DNA of 64,000 bases from Stramenopiles sp. TOSAG23-2 (lineage: Eukaryota), in NCBI GenBank assembly GCA_900128395.1, contig LT649246.1, positions 1 to 64,000 on the forward strand, read 5' to 3'. The notes beneath the pieces are model-generated. The model saw nothing but the letters and a program-made list of their open reading frames with translations, did not search any database and was not told the origin of the DNA. Shown here one piece after another: positions 12,289-23,864 of the stretch. How positions within the stretch are numbered: position 1 is the first letter of the stretch; each line of letters opens with the position of its first letter. The position numbers and the translations under genes are program-made.

Positions 12289-12927
12289 ATTGAATGGAAC
12301 TTTCTAAAAGGAACAATTAATTTTATCTATGTATCTATCTATCTGTCCGTCTGTCCTATGTATAACCAAAATAATTCAAGATAGACAATTGATGTTAGAG
12401 ATTACGTTTCACCATCTTTTTCTCTTTTTAATCATCAAACAAGTATTAATTTGTTTTATATTGTTGCTATTGAATAATATATAAATATGGCTATCGATCC
12501 AGGAGGAGGAAATAAGAATAATTTTTTTTGGGCACTGGAGGATAAAAAATGGATAAATTGAAATTAAAAAAAATACCATGTAGCACCATACTCTAACTCA
12601 TCATTATAATACCATACATAGCTATCAAATGACCATAATTCATATACTTGAAAGCGGAAATTAGAATATCAAAATTTCTTCACCGTTCTTTCTGATCGTA
12701 GTTAAATTCTTCATCATGATTTGTACCTGCTGGTACGTACATACTGTACCTGGTAAAACAACATACCGGTAAAGGAGGACATGGACGGAAATAAAATAAT
12801 TTTCAAAAAAAATGAATTTTATTATTGTTCTTGTTCTAGAATAATGTGTAAGTATTTTGCATATATTGTAGAGAGAGATGTATAGACCAAAAAAAAAAAC
12901 CACGAATTAGTAAACGAATGATAAACA

Positions 12928-15504
12928 ATGTTACGTCATATTTATAAGAAAAGAACTGTTGCGCAACGATATTTTTCAACCACATTATTGCATCAAGAAA
13001 AAATATTACCATCGCATGCAAAAGTTGTCGTTGTTGGTGGTGGAATTATTGGCACCTCTGTTGCGTATCATTTAGGACAATTAGGATGGAAAGATGTTAT
13101 TGTATTGGAAAGAGATAAGGTGACATCTGGGACAACATGGCATGCAGCTGGATTGATGGTAACATTTGGATCAACATCGGAAACATCTACGGAACTTAGA
13201 AAGTATTCCAAAGAATTATATCGTACTTTAGAGGAAGAAACTGGACAAGAGACTGGATTTAAACCTGTTGGTTTTATAGAAGTTGCGGCAGATGCAGATC
13301 GTTTAGAAGAATATAGACGTGTTGCTGCATTTAATAGAAAATGTGGTGTGGATGTCAAGGAAATATCTCCATCAGAAATTGAATCATTGTTTCCTTTATG
13401 TAATACAGAAGATTTATTAGCTGGCTTCTATGTTGAAGATGATGGACGTGTAAATCCAGTTGATGCTACTACAGCATTAATGAAAGGAGCTCGAAAGAAC
13501 GATATAGAATTTTTTGAAAATGTATCTGTATCTAAAATATTAAGTGATAATCGTACGAGTAAAGTAACGGGAGTGGAAACGGAAGATGGAAAACAAATAA
13601 AAGCAGAATATGTAGTAAATTGTGCAGGAATGTGGGCTAGACAATTAGGTGAATTATCAAATCCAACTGTAACCATACCAAATCAAGCAGCAGAACATTA
13701 TTATTTGATAACAGATAAGATTGATGAAGTGGAGCATTCATGGCCTGTTTTAGAGGATCCATCATCATATGCATATATTCGACCGGAAGGGGATGGTTTA
13801 ATGATTGGACTTTTTGAAGGGGAAGCAGCGGCATGGAATATTGATTCCGTTCCAAATGATTTTTCATTTGGTGAAATACCACCAGATTGGGAACGCATGA
13901 TGCCATATTTAGAGAAAGCAATGTCACGCGTTCCAAAATCATTTGAAGTTGGAGCAAAACATTTTTTTTGCGGTCCTGAAAGTTTTACACCAGATTTAGC
14001 TCCTGTCATTGGGGAAGCACCGGAAATTCAAAATTATTTTGTTGCTGCTGGAATGAATTCAATTGGAATTTTAACTGGTGGTGGTATTGGTAAATTATTA
14101 GCGGAATGGATTGTTACTGGAAAAAGTTCATATGATATTACAGGAATGAACATAGATCGTTTTCATAAATACCAAGCGAATAAAGCATTTCGAGCGGATA
14201 GAGTAGTAGAATCATTAGGTAGAGTATATAAATGTCATTACCCATCTTTTACACCTAAAACGGCTAGAGGTGCTAAACGTTCTCCATTTCACAATATATT
14301 GCAAAATGAACATGGTGGATATTTCAAAGATGTTAGTGGATGGGAATCACCTGGATGGTATGTTGGTCGCGATGGTGTTGCAAATGGTGTACAACCTGAA
14401 TTATCTAAATTGTCATGGGGAAAAGATGATTCCTTTGATTATTGGAAAAGTGAACATGAAGCTATACGAAATGATGTAGGGATGATCGATATGTCATTTA
14501 TGTGTAAGTTTTTAATACAAGGGGAAGGGTGTGGAAAAGTATTAAATTGGCTTTCGACTGGTGAGGTTGATGATGGACGGGAGGGTACTATAAATTATGT
14601 ACAATGGTTAAATGAGGTAGGAAAACTGGAAGCAGATTTAACTGTTTCAAAAATAGAAAATGATAAATTTTTAGTTGTAGCGACGGATACGATGCATAGG
14701 CATGTGGAACATTGGATGCAAAAACATTTCGATGAAGATCCTGATTGCAAAGCAACTATTACAGATGTTAGTGGTGCATATGCACAATTAAATATTCAAG
14801 GGCCAAATTCACGCAAATTAATGTCAAAAATTACTTCATATGATATGAGCAATGATAATTTCCCATTTCGAACATTTCAAGAAATAGATATTGGTTATGC
14901 AAGGGTATTTTGTGCAAGAATTACATATGTAGGCGAACTTGGGTATGAACTTTTTATTCCAGTTGAAAACGCTTTGCATGTATACGATCGATTAATTGAA
15001 GCTGGACCAAATTTAAAAGCAGTTGGTTTACAAGCATTAGGTAGTCTTCGTATGGAAAAAGGATATCGTGATTATGGGCATGATATCGATAATACGGATA
15101 CGTTGATGGAATCTGGTTTAAGTTTTACTGCTGATTTTAAAAAGGAAAATGGTTTTCTGGGAAAAAATGCCGTTTTAAAACAGAAACAACAAGGACCATT
15201 GAAATCACGATTGGTAAATATATTGGTAAAAGATCCAAATCCAATGATGTACCATGCAGAAATTTTATATCGAAATGGTATTGTTGTTGGAGACGTTCGT
15301 GGTGCATCTTATGGTCATACAGTAGGTGGTGCAGTTGGAATCGGACATGTTACTTGCGATGGCAAGGATGAAGTTGTAAATAAAAAATATATAGAGGAAG
15401 GTACATGGGAAGTAGATATTGCAGGAAAGAAATATCCAGCAGCTGTACAACATTTAAGACCGTTTTATGATCCGAAAAATGAGAGAATTACGAGCATGTC
15501 TTAA
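12928..15504 (+). CDS. Dimethylglycine/sarcosine dehydrogenase-like FAD oxidoreductase with GcvT domains
   Basis: VVVVGGGIIG FAD motif, SGTTWHAAG, GPESFTPD, RITYVGELGYEL, SLRMEKGY; transit-peptide-like N-terminus. Confidence 0.9.
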   Translation: MLRHIYKKRTVAQRYFSTTLLHQEKILPSHAKVVVVGGGIIGTSVAYHLGQLGWKDVIVLERDKVTSGTTWHAAGLMVTFGSTSETSTELRKYSKELYRTLEEETGQETGFKPVGFIEVAADADRLEEYRRVAAFNRKCGVDVKEISPSEIESLFPLCNTEDLLAGFYVEDDGRVNPVDATTALMKGARKNDIEFFENVSVSKILSDNRTSKVTGVETEDGKQIKAEYVVNCAGMWARQLGELSNPTVTIPNQAAEHYYLITDKIDEVEHSWPVLEDPSSYAYIRPEGDGLMIGLFEGEAAAWNIDSVPNDFSFGEIPPDWERMMPYLEKAMSRVPKSFEVGAKHFFCGPESFTPDLAPVIGEAPEIQNYFVAAGMNSIGILTGGGIGKLLAEWIVTGKSSYDITGMNIDRFHKYQANKAFRADRVVESLGRVYKCHYPSFTPKTARGAKRSPFHNILQNEHGGYFKDVSGWESPGWYVGRDGVANGVQPELSKLSWGKDDSFDYWKSEHEAIRNDVGMIDMSFMCKFLIQGEGCGKVLNWLSTGEVDDGREGTINYVQWLNEVGKLEADLTVSKIENDKFLVVATDTMHRHVEHWMQKHFDEDPDCKATITDVSGAYAQLNIQGPNSRKLMSKITSYDMSNDNFPFRTFQEIDIGYARVFCARITYVGELGYELFIPVENALHVYDRLIEAGPNLKAVGLQALGSLRMEKGYRDYGHDIDNTDTLMESGLSFTADFKKENGFLGKNAVLKQKQQGPLKSRLVNILVKDPNPMMYHAEILYRNGIVVGDVRGASYGHTVGGAVGIGHVTCDGKDEVVNKKYIEEGTWEVDIAGKKYPAAVQHLRPFYDPKNERITSMS

Positions 15505-15550
15505 AGATATCAATAAATGCCTGGCATATGTAATTATGTATATAAAAAAA

Positions 15551-15792
15551 TTGTGTGGAGAGGAGACTTTTTTATTAATATTGATGATTGTAATTCCCTG
15601 GCAAAGTACTCTCTCTACATACAGGTACTGTACAATACTTTAACTTGTGCCTTAATAAAATCTTAATCTATTTGTGTGGAGAGGAGACTTTTTTATTAAT
15701 ATTGATGATTGTAATTCCCTGGCAAAGTACTCTCTCTACATACAGGTACTGTACAATACTTTAACTTGTGCCTTAATAAAATCTTAATCTAT
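15551..15792. repeat. Tandem duplication, 2 x 121 bp, identical
   Basis: 15551-15671 = 15672-15792 (ttgtgtggagaggagac...cttaatctat). Confidence 0.95.
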
Positions 15793-16202
15793 TATAACAT
15801 TTGTATAATATGCACGAGATTATTATTGATTGGAAATTGGAAAGAAAAGGTTAAGGTTGTTGGGGATCAATGATGTTAATGTGCTGATGTGTCAATGTCT
15901 ATACCTAGGTAATATTTTAATATAGGTACTATGGGTCTTTGCTGTGTCCATACTATACCTTGGAAAACCTACAAGGAACATGAAAATAGTGCTGTAGTAC
16001 ACTACTGTATATGTACTGTACACATTTTTGTTGTGGGTGCTCCTTTCTGCTTAAGTTAACAACTCCCATCACATTACTATTTTTTGTATTGATTATAACC
16101 ACAGTGAAATTTGAAGTGCCTTTGTTATTTCTATTTGCTATATGCTCCGCTTTACCATCAACATGTTAGACACACTTTTCTTTTCAAAGACTATCGTATC
16201 CT

Positions 16203-17105
16203 TCAGACTTTGCTTGTCCAACCAAATTTCAAGGAAGATTTATCAAGAATTTCAAGAGCTGTGCATGTTGAATGCAAATTCGTTCCCACGGTGAACTTCG
16301 TATTGCCATGGCTCCCCACAAATGCTGACAACCCAGCATATCCAATTCGTTTTTGGAAGCGTAAATGTACACTTACTATTTTTCTTTTCTTCCTCTGTCC
16401 ACTGCCACTTGATTTTTTACGTTTCCTACTTTTCTTTTGTTTATAGATAAACGAACAGCCTGGGTAACTCCTATTCCCCCCTCCACATCCTTGAGCCTTC
16501 ATTGTCTTGAACCTACCAACCTTCTCTGTTTCCAATAAATATCGCAACTGTGCATGAAATCGTTTTTAGTAAAACTGGAGACAGAGAAGCAGAAAAAAGC
16601 TGAGAAAGAGCTATTAGAAGATAACACAAATAAACTTATAGAAGTTGTACGTAATGAACGATTCTATACAAAACAAAAAACTTAGTTGTCTTTACGGAGA
16701 CAGAGAAGCAGAAAAAAGCTGAGAAAGAGCTATTAGAAGATAACACAAATAAACTTATAGAAGTTGTATGTAATGAACAATTCTATACAAAACAAAAAAC
16801 TTAGTTGTCTTTACTGTCCACTTTAAATCAATCAACATTTTTTTCAAATATAGCAAATGTTTCTGCATTTCCACCTGGAATAATTTGATATGAAAATGTA
16901 CAATCTTTATCTTTTAAATTTTGACCAACTAAATTTTCGTAACAAAATTGTGAACCTTTATCACTGTTATTTAAGAACCTCTTTGATGTCATTGTTGTTG
17001 CTGTCACTTTGTACTTTCATTGCGTCGTTGTATGTATCACTGTCTTCATCGCTGCTACTAGTGCTGCTATCACTGTCACTAGATGTATATGTAGATGCGA
17101 AGATG
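16203..17105 (-). pseudogene. Decayed coding or mobile-element-like remnant
   Basis: Coding-like minus-strand pieces (SSDSDSSTSSSDEDSD...EVL / NNSDKGSQFCYENLVG...CYI*KKML / KTMKAQGCGGG...) broken by frameshifts and stops; no recognisable family. Confidence 0.35.
16577..16814. repeat. Tandem duplication, 2 x 119 bp with 2 mismatches
   Basis: 16577-16695 vs 16696-16814; differences gtacgt/gtatgt and gaacga/gaacaa. Confidence 0.95.
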
Positions 17106-17801
17106 TAAAAAAAAACAGAGAAAATAAAAATGTACAAGCAGCACATGTAGCAAAAGGGTGGTGAAAGTATCGCTCTTCTGAATTTCTTTTTAAATAAAAA
17201 GTAAAGAAAAATTTTATATATTTTATTAAACATTTTATTTACACAAATAGAACAAATACACAAAAGTTTTACGTTTGTCAATCGTGCCGATATTCTTATC
17301 GCCTCCAAAAACAATAACAAGAAAGACAGACTGACGGGAAAATCCTTGATATCACACCTGCTATCCCTATGCTAATAAAATTAATTGGTATAGTCAAGTA
17401 CGGTTCGTGCCATTATTCCCCCTATCATTTTGTGGAGTACTATACATATGCTGTGTCCATGTTAATTTTTATAACTACTCACTATTGATTTTGATCAAAA
17501 AAAGGTAGAAATCTATTACGTATTTGATAGGATTATGTTTTGTAGTGTCGGTAATTTAAGTATAAAATAATACACATCTCACATGTCACACACATCTCAT
17601 CCTCAAAAAAAAAACGCCAAATAAATTCAAATTTATTTAAAATAAAAATAATCACCAATATGATTACTTTAGATATCTTAGAACAACGCCTGCTTCAATT
17701 TCCATACTTCGATGCATGTTTGGTATGTTTTTTTTTCGATCATCACCAAATCGATTTATTATTTTTATACTTACTCGTAAAAAATATTGATACAATACAA
17801 T

Positions 17802-20261
17802 ATGAAGAATAAGAAAAAAAAAACAAAAAAAAAAACAAAAAGAGCATTGTCGAAAGGCATAAGCAAGTCGTTAGACGCAAGAAGGGCTAATGTATCAGAG
17901 TTAGGTAGTAAATCCATTAGAGTATTTTTATATGGTACGATGAAACGAAACTTTTACAATTACAATGCATATTTATCATGTGCATGTGGAAGAGGTCAAG
18001 CTAGATTTTTGCATGATGCTATTACCAAAGATCCATTTCGTTTAATATTATGGGGCTCAAGGCATGTACCTGCAATGGTTGAAAATAGTGATGAAAATAA
18101 TAATAACAACGATATATTGCCACAAATTCATGGTGAAGTTTTTCTTGTTGATAAAAATACTCTTGCTGGTTTAGATGATTTTTTTGAGGATGGCGAAGTA
18201 CGATATACACGGAAACCGATTTGTATTATAAAATCATCCGCGTCATCATCTTCGTTAAGACAACGACGTGATGTTCATGCATATGCTTATGTAGTGACAC
18301 CAACTACGGAGTTTTTGAATTTACCAACTTTGGCTGAATATACAGAAATGGAACATGAAAAATATTCAAATCCAACATTTCAACCTAAAGTTTTTGAGTT
18401 GATGACAGGTGTTGATAAAGAATATTTTTCATTATTTTGGGATCCTAAAACACACCATGGACGTCGTTTTGATAATGTATGGCGTGAAGCGTTAGGAGAG
18501 CCATTATTAACCGATCGTTGTCGTATTAAATTATCTGATTTTTATTTAGGTCATATACCTGAAACTCAATGGGGGATATTTATGTGGAAATCATTTGGAT
18601 GGTTTGTTTATTTCATTGCTCCATTTTCCATTTTAATTACATTTACAAATGTTGCTGCAGGGATGTATTATGGAAAAAAATATGGTGAAATTATTGATGT
18701 TGCTGTTGTAGATACAGTAGATGTAATGGTACCAAATACATTGATGGCAATTTGCATTGATTATTGCTTTTATTTTTTAAAATTTTCAACTGGAATAGCA
18801 TATGCACAATTTTTCACATGGTGTGTTATTGAAACAATTTTTTGGTTTTACATGCAATATACATTAAATTATTATGAAAAGCAACATTTATTGAAAATAG
18901 AAAAGGATGATAAAAAAAACGATGATCATCTATCATTGGAAGATGTGGAGAAAATTAAAAATGAACGATATAGGCAATTCCATGCAGTTGCTGAATTAGA
19001 ATTTCGTAGCAAAGAAAGAGGAAAAGAATATTTATGTCAATGGTTTTTAGGTGCAAAATCATTTAAAGATGTTTATGAAGATAATTTAAAAGATTTTTAT
19101 ACCTTTGCATATTTTGGTAAAAGTTCTGTTCGGCATTTAAACAATGATGAAAATTCACAATTGTTGGAATTTGTACAAATTACTAAATCTTATTTAGGTG
19201 GATTGAGTCATGGAAGAAATGAAAATATTAAAAGTATACGTCCAAAATACGATCCATTATTAGCTGAACATCATCCATTTGTATTTTATTTTCTGACTGA
19301 AGGGTTAATACAAATATTGTATAGTTTTGTTACTTTATCAAGTTTAGGATTTAAAGGTTATAGTGCTGGGAATGTTCGATATTGGTATCATCCAGGGCCG
19401 AATAATACTAATAATAATAATTCAACAAAACGAAAAAGTAGTAGAAAAAACAGTAAAAATGACCATGCAATGCCTATTATATTATTTCCAGGTGTAGGTG
19501 TTGGTTTGCTTTCATATGAAAAAGTATTTAAAGCATTAGCACTGGAAAGACCTGTTATAGTGTATGAAGTGCCATGTGTTAGTTGTCGTGTTATACGTGG
19601 CTTTTCATTTTATACGGTTGATGATATCTTGCAATCAATTGATATCATTCGTGATAGACATGTAGAATATGGTCCATTGCAAAAAATACATTTCGTTGGT
19701 CATAGTTTTGGTTCCGGAATTGCTTCTATCATAATTAAACATTATGAACCAAAACGTGATATTGGAAATGTCACATTGATAGATGCTATGCCATTTTGTT
19801 TGCATCGTGCTGGTTTATCTCGTAATTTCTTATATGATCCATATGAAGATGGACGTGTATATTTAGTGAATCGTGAACCTCATTTAGCATTTACATTGAT
19901 GCGACAATTAGATTGGAAAGCATTTATTTTATGGCCGGAAGATTTAAATGTTTTAAGCAATCCAGCAACTATTATATTATCTGGAAGTGATGCATTAGTG
20001 CCATCTGCTAAAATTAAAGCTCAATTAGCAGAAGCAGGACATGATGGAATTGCAAAAACAAATTTAGTATGGTTATCTGATTGTGATCATGGTGATTTTT
20101 TATTTGATAATGTTTTAGCACAAAATGTAACGAAACATATATTAAATCCTGTTGTGAATGAAAAATATTTTGGTATGCATTATACATTAGTTACTAGAGA
20201 AGAAATGAGAAAACGATTTGTGAAACATAAACGTAGAAGGAAAGCATTAGGATTGTTGTAA
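17802..20261 (+). CDS. Fusion of a GGCT/AIG2-like domain, membrane segments and an alpha/beta hydrolase
   Basis: VFLYGTMKRNFYNY...IHGEVFLVD...LDDFFE (GGCT-like); central TM helices; HFVGHSFGS nucleophile elbow, later SDALVP and DHG. First ATG at 17802. Confidence 0.75.
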   Translation: MKNKKKKTKKKTKRALSKGISKSLDARRANVSELGSKSIRVFLYGTMKRNFYNYNAYLSCACGRGQARFLHDAITKDPFRLILWGSRHVPAMVENSDENNNNNDILPQIHGEVFLVDKNTLAGLDDFFEDGEVRYTRKPICIIKSSASSSSLRQRRDVHAYAYVVTPTTEFLNLPTLAEYTEMEHEKYSNPTFQPKVFELMTGVDKEYFSLFWDPKTHHGRRFDNVWREALGEPLLTDRCRIKLSDFYLGHIPETQWGIFMWKSFGWFVYFIAPFSILITFTNVAAGMYYGKKYGEIIDVAVVDTVDVMVPNTLMAICIDYCFYFLKFSTGIAYAQFFTWCVIETIFWFYMQYTLNYYEKQHLLKIEKDDKKNDDHLSLEDVEKIKNERYRQFHAVAELEFRSKERGKEYLCQWFLGAKSFKDVYEDNLKDFYTFAYFGKSSVRHLNNDENSQLLEFVQITKSYLGGLSHGRNENIKSIRPKYDPLLAEHHPFVFYFLTEGLIQILYSFVTLSSLGFKGYSAGNVRYWYHPGPNNTNNNNSTKRKSSRKNSKNDHAMPIILFPGVGVGLLSYEKVFKALALERPVIVYEVPCVSCRVIRGFSFYTVDDILQSIDIIRDRHVEYGPLQKIHFVGHSFGSGIASIIIKHYEPKRDIGNVTLIDAMPFCLHRAGLSRNFLYDPYEDGRVYLVNREPHLAFTLMRQLDWKAFILWPEDLNVLSNPATIILSGSDALVPSAKIKAQLAEAGHDGIAKTNLVWLSDCDHGDFLFDNVLAQNVTKHILNPVVNEKYFGMHYTLVTREEMRKRFVKHKRRRKALGLL

Positions 20262-20905
20262 CAAGAAGAAATTGTTGTGTGTGTGTGTGTGAGGTTTTTA
20301 TATAAATATTCATAAAAACTTTTTAAAAAATCGTTTTTTCCCCTAACACAAAAATAATATATAATTTATAAATAAGCATTTTTAAAAATATTTTAAAAAT
20401 ATTTTGGTATATGCATTATATCATATCATACATTACGTAGTTACTATGATAGAGAAGAAATGTGGAGAAAACGATTTTGTGAAAAACATAAACGTAGAAG
20501 GAAAGCATTAGGATTGTTGTAACAAGAAGAAATTGTTGTGTGTGTGTGTGTGAGGTTTTTATATAAATATTCATAAAAACTTTTTAAAAAATCGTTTTTT
20601 CCCCTAACACAAAAATAATATATAATTTATAAATAAGCATTTTTAAAAATATTTTAAAAATATTTTGGTATATGCATTATATCATATCATACATTACGTA
20701 GTTACTATGATAGAGAAGAAATGTGGAGAAAACGATTTTGTGAAAAACATAAACGTAGAAGGAAAGCATTAGGATTGTTGTAACAAGAAGAAATTGTTGT
20801 GTGTGTGTGAGGTTTATAATTATTCATAAAAACTTTTAAAAAATCTTTTCTGATCCCCTAACACAAAAATAATACGTATAATTTATAATGCATTTTTATA
20901 TAAAA
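20161..20905. repeat. 261-bp-period repeat of a gene 3' end and 3' UTR (about 3 copies)
   Basis: cataaacgtagaaggaaagcattaggattgttgtaa recurs at 20226, 20487 and 20748; the third UTR copy is diverged. Confidence 0.9.
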
Positions 20906-20911
20906 ATATAT

Positions 20912-21514
20912 TTATGCCCAAAACTTCTCATCTTCTTTATAGTGTGGTTTTCCGTTCTTATATATATACATATCTCTACCATACATATTGTCTTTACCAA
21001 ACAATTTGGCAGGAAAAGGTGCTAATGATGGGTATACTGGACGTGGCACAGGAGCTGGTATGTCCCATGGATTTGGTGTTATTGGAAATGGTGGTGGTAT
21101 ATGATTACAAAAAGGGAACGATGCACATCCATGTACATGTTCTTTTCCTAAAACATTAATAGGTCCGTGTAACCATTTTCTAACATTATAACGTGATTCA
21201 CGACTATATCCTTGTATATCCTCTTGTTTTCTTTGTGGCGTTTCACCACCTTCCATAGGCTTCATGTTTTTATCGTTGAAAAAATATATATTGTACGGAT
21301 TCCTAGGATCCCCACCTTGTGCTGGTCCACTTCCACCGGACTGACCTGCTTCTAACATTTGTTGTTTTTTATTGTTTAAAGCTTCTCGACTCTTTATTAA
21401 TAAACGGTGTTTATTTCTTAAATTATTTGCTGTAATGACATTTGTATTTATGATTAAATTTACAATTGCAATGAAACAAATCGTTATCCACAATTGACGT
21501 TGTGGTCGATTCAT
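20912..21514 (-). CDS. Secreted proline-rich hypothetical protein
   Basis: Signal peptide; 200-aa ORF; CASFPFC and a Pro-rich segment. Confidence 0.7.
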   Translation of the reverse strand: MNRPQRQLWITICFIAIVNLIINTNVITANNLRNKHRLLIKSREALNNKKQQMLEAGQSGGSGPAQGGDPRNPYNIYFFNDKNMKPMEGGETPQRKQEDIQGYSRESRYNVRKWLHGPINVLGKEHVHGCASFPFCNHIPPPFPITPNPWDIPAPVPRPVYPSLAPFPAKLFGKDNMYGRDMYIYKNGKPHYKEDEKFWA

Positions 21515-22159
21515 TTTGAAGTTTGTTTAAAATAATATTAAATCAATAGTTTTTATCTATTTATCTATACCTATCTACTATTCCATCGTACCTCTTGTTC
21601 ATTTTGTTTTCTATTACAACTATGTCACATTTATGGTATTTTGTGCTTCTTTTTGAATGAATAAATGAAGTATCCCCTCTTTTTTCAGCTATGCAGCACT
21701 TTTTCATATTGTTAATAGTGTTATTTTGAAATAATTGATCGTGATAGCATGGACGAGTCATTTTTTTGATATTCTATAAGTGAAATAAGTATAGCGATAT
21801 AATCTATTAAATCACGTATAGCAATTGCGATAATCCTTCCCACTTGCGATTCCACTAACTGGTCTACTAACTCTAATGTTACCAATACTATTCACCTATT
21901 AAACACGCTCATAACCCTAATACGGAATAATCCTCTCTCAATTGATAAGTTGGGGGGGGGGGAATTATTAATTAAATTAGATGAAGAAAGATGTGTTGTT
22001 GATGTGTACATCATACACAGGAACAACAGGTTGTAGAATTAAGAGAGAGAGACACAGAGATTATATAGAGATATATCATTTATATAGAGATATATAGATA
22101 CAAAATCATCATTTATATACAAGACACACAGTAGTAATAGAAAAAAATTGAATCGAACC

Positions 22160-23599
22160 ATGAAATATAATAAATCATGGCAATGTATGGTATTATTAAT
22201 ATGTGCATATATATTATCCTGTAGTTATGGAATTAATATAAGACGTAATAGTTTAAAGACAAATAATAACAATAATAATTTATTAAATAATAATAATAAT
22301 ATTGATGAAATGAAAACGGCACCTAAGCCACAATACGTGTGCCCAGCAATGGATATGTTGCACCTTCGTAAAATTGGCCCATCCCCAAAAATGTTAAGGG
22401 ATGGTACCACGTTTAATCCAGATGAACGAGATAAAAATATTGTACAAAATGAAATAGTAAATACTGGTAATTTGTTTACACAGTATACAGGACAACGTGC
22501 TCATACGTTTCCAACAACACCATATCCATCAATAAACGTTTTTCCATCGATGAAAGAACGCATACCATACAAACCAGCTTCAAAGCATTTTTTCTCATGT
22601 CCTGATCCACGCACACCATATGCTGGTATGTTTACACCAGGTGGTGATTTAGGAGAGTTTTTATTAGTATTAACCGCCATGGAAAACTTACAAAAGGAAG
22701 AGAAAATACGTTATGGGCAACAAGAAGTGACGTTTTTATTGCATGATTACTTAGAGTACATGAGTTCACATGGGAAATTTGAATTTGCCAGTTGTACGGA
22801 TGAGCAAGCATTGAGTAAATTAACGGATACTGCTAAAGTTGGAAATGCAATGGATCCTATGAATCGTGTAGAGTTTGCAAGAATATTAACTTTAAGTTCA
22901 ATGCCAGAACATATTGGTTCACGTTTCTTAGCAGATATTGTGAAAGATAGTAATGGTTATGGCACACGATCACGTTTAGTACAACATTTGATCAAAGCAT
23001 TCGTACGAATTGCATTGGACAAAGCCGATCCAATGAATCCAAGAATTCGTTATGTAACTTTACAAGGTAAATATCAACCAGATAGCTATGTTGAAATCGT
23101 ACGCATGGAATGTCCACGAAAAAAAGAAGATGGTGAGAGACGATTTGAGATATGTACAGTATACCCATGCCATGATTTAGTACCATTAGTCGTTCTAAAT
23201 GATGGCGTCAAACCAACTGGTAAGGTTCCTGCAGGTACGGTAGATGATGTAGTAGCGTTACATAGAGATGATGTTAAATTGTTCCGTGCAGAATTAGCTG
23301 AATGGGGTTTTGGTAGATTAAAAACAACCAAAGATGAACCACCAAAAATAGATGCTGCGAAATTATTACAAGAGATGTTAAAAATTGGTGATATGCAATT
23401 GGAAAGATTTAAAAATAAATTCTTTTCTACGTTAGGACAATATGAAGCAATGTATTTATCAAATGAAAAATTTATTGAAAAACCAAATCCAAAAATAGAC
23501 CCAATCAACCCAAATGCAGCAAAGGAAGATAAACCTTCCAGTGATGATGATATTGAAGCAAAAGAGCAACCAGGAAGCGATGAAAATGGGAAGTTTTAA
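22160..23599 (+). CDS. Secreted protein with a degenerate carbonic-anhydrase-like (beta/zeta, CxDxR...PGG) domain
   Basis: Signal peptide from ATG 22160; FFSCPDPR...TPGGDLGEFLL motif. Confidence 0.55.
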   Translation: MKYNKSWQCMVLLICAYILSCSYGINIRRNSLKTNNNNNNLLNNNNNIDEMKTAPKPQYVCPAMDMLHLRKIGPSPKMLRDGTTFNPDERDKNIVQNEIVNTGNLFTQYTGQRAHTFPTTPYPSINVFPSMKERIPYKPASKHFFSCPDPRTPYAGMFTPGGDLGEFLLVLTAMENLQKEEKIRYGQQEVTFLLHDYLEYMSSHGKFEFASCTDEQALSKLTDTAKVGNAMDPMNRVEFARILTLSSMPEHIGSRFLADIVKDSNGYGTRSRLVQHLIKAFVRIALDKADPMNPRIRYVTLQGKYQPDSYVEIVRMECPRKKEDGERRFEICTVYPCHDLVPLVVLNDGVKPTGKVPAGTVDDVVALHRDDVKLFRAELAEWGFGRLKTTKDEPPKIDAAKLLQEMLKIGDMQLERFKNKFFSTLGQYEAMYLSNEKFIEKPNPKIDPINPNAAKEDKPSSDDDIEAKEQPGSDENGKF

Positions 23600-23864
23600 A
23601 AAAATTTTATATTAAATATTTAATAAATATTTATGATCCTCTCTAATATCATAGTATTAATAGCGTGGTGTAAATATTAAATATAATACGTTCGTATTAA
23701 TATGATATATATATTCATATACGAGTAATATTAATATTACATATTATGTGGGGATATATAAAATATAAAAAATACGTAGATTTTATATATAATACGTTCG
23801 TATATATAATATATATATAACATCTTTTTTATATTTAGTGTACAGTCTATGCGTGTGCCTAATG

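Noticed and set aside
15551-20905. Tandem repeats as a CRISPR array
   Set aside because: Units of 119-261 bp, no unique spacers, no cas genes, eukaryotic context.
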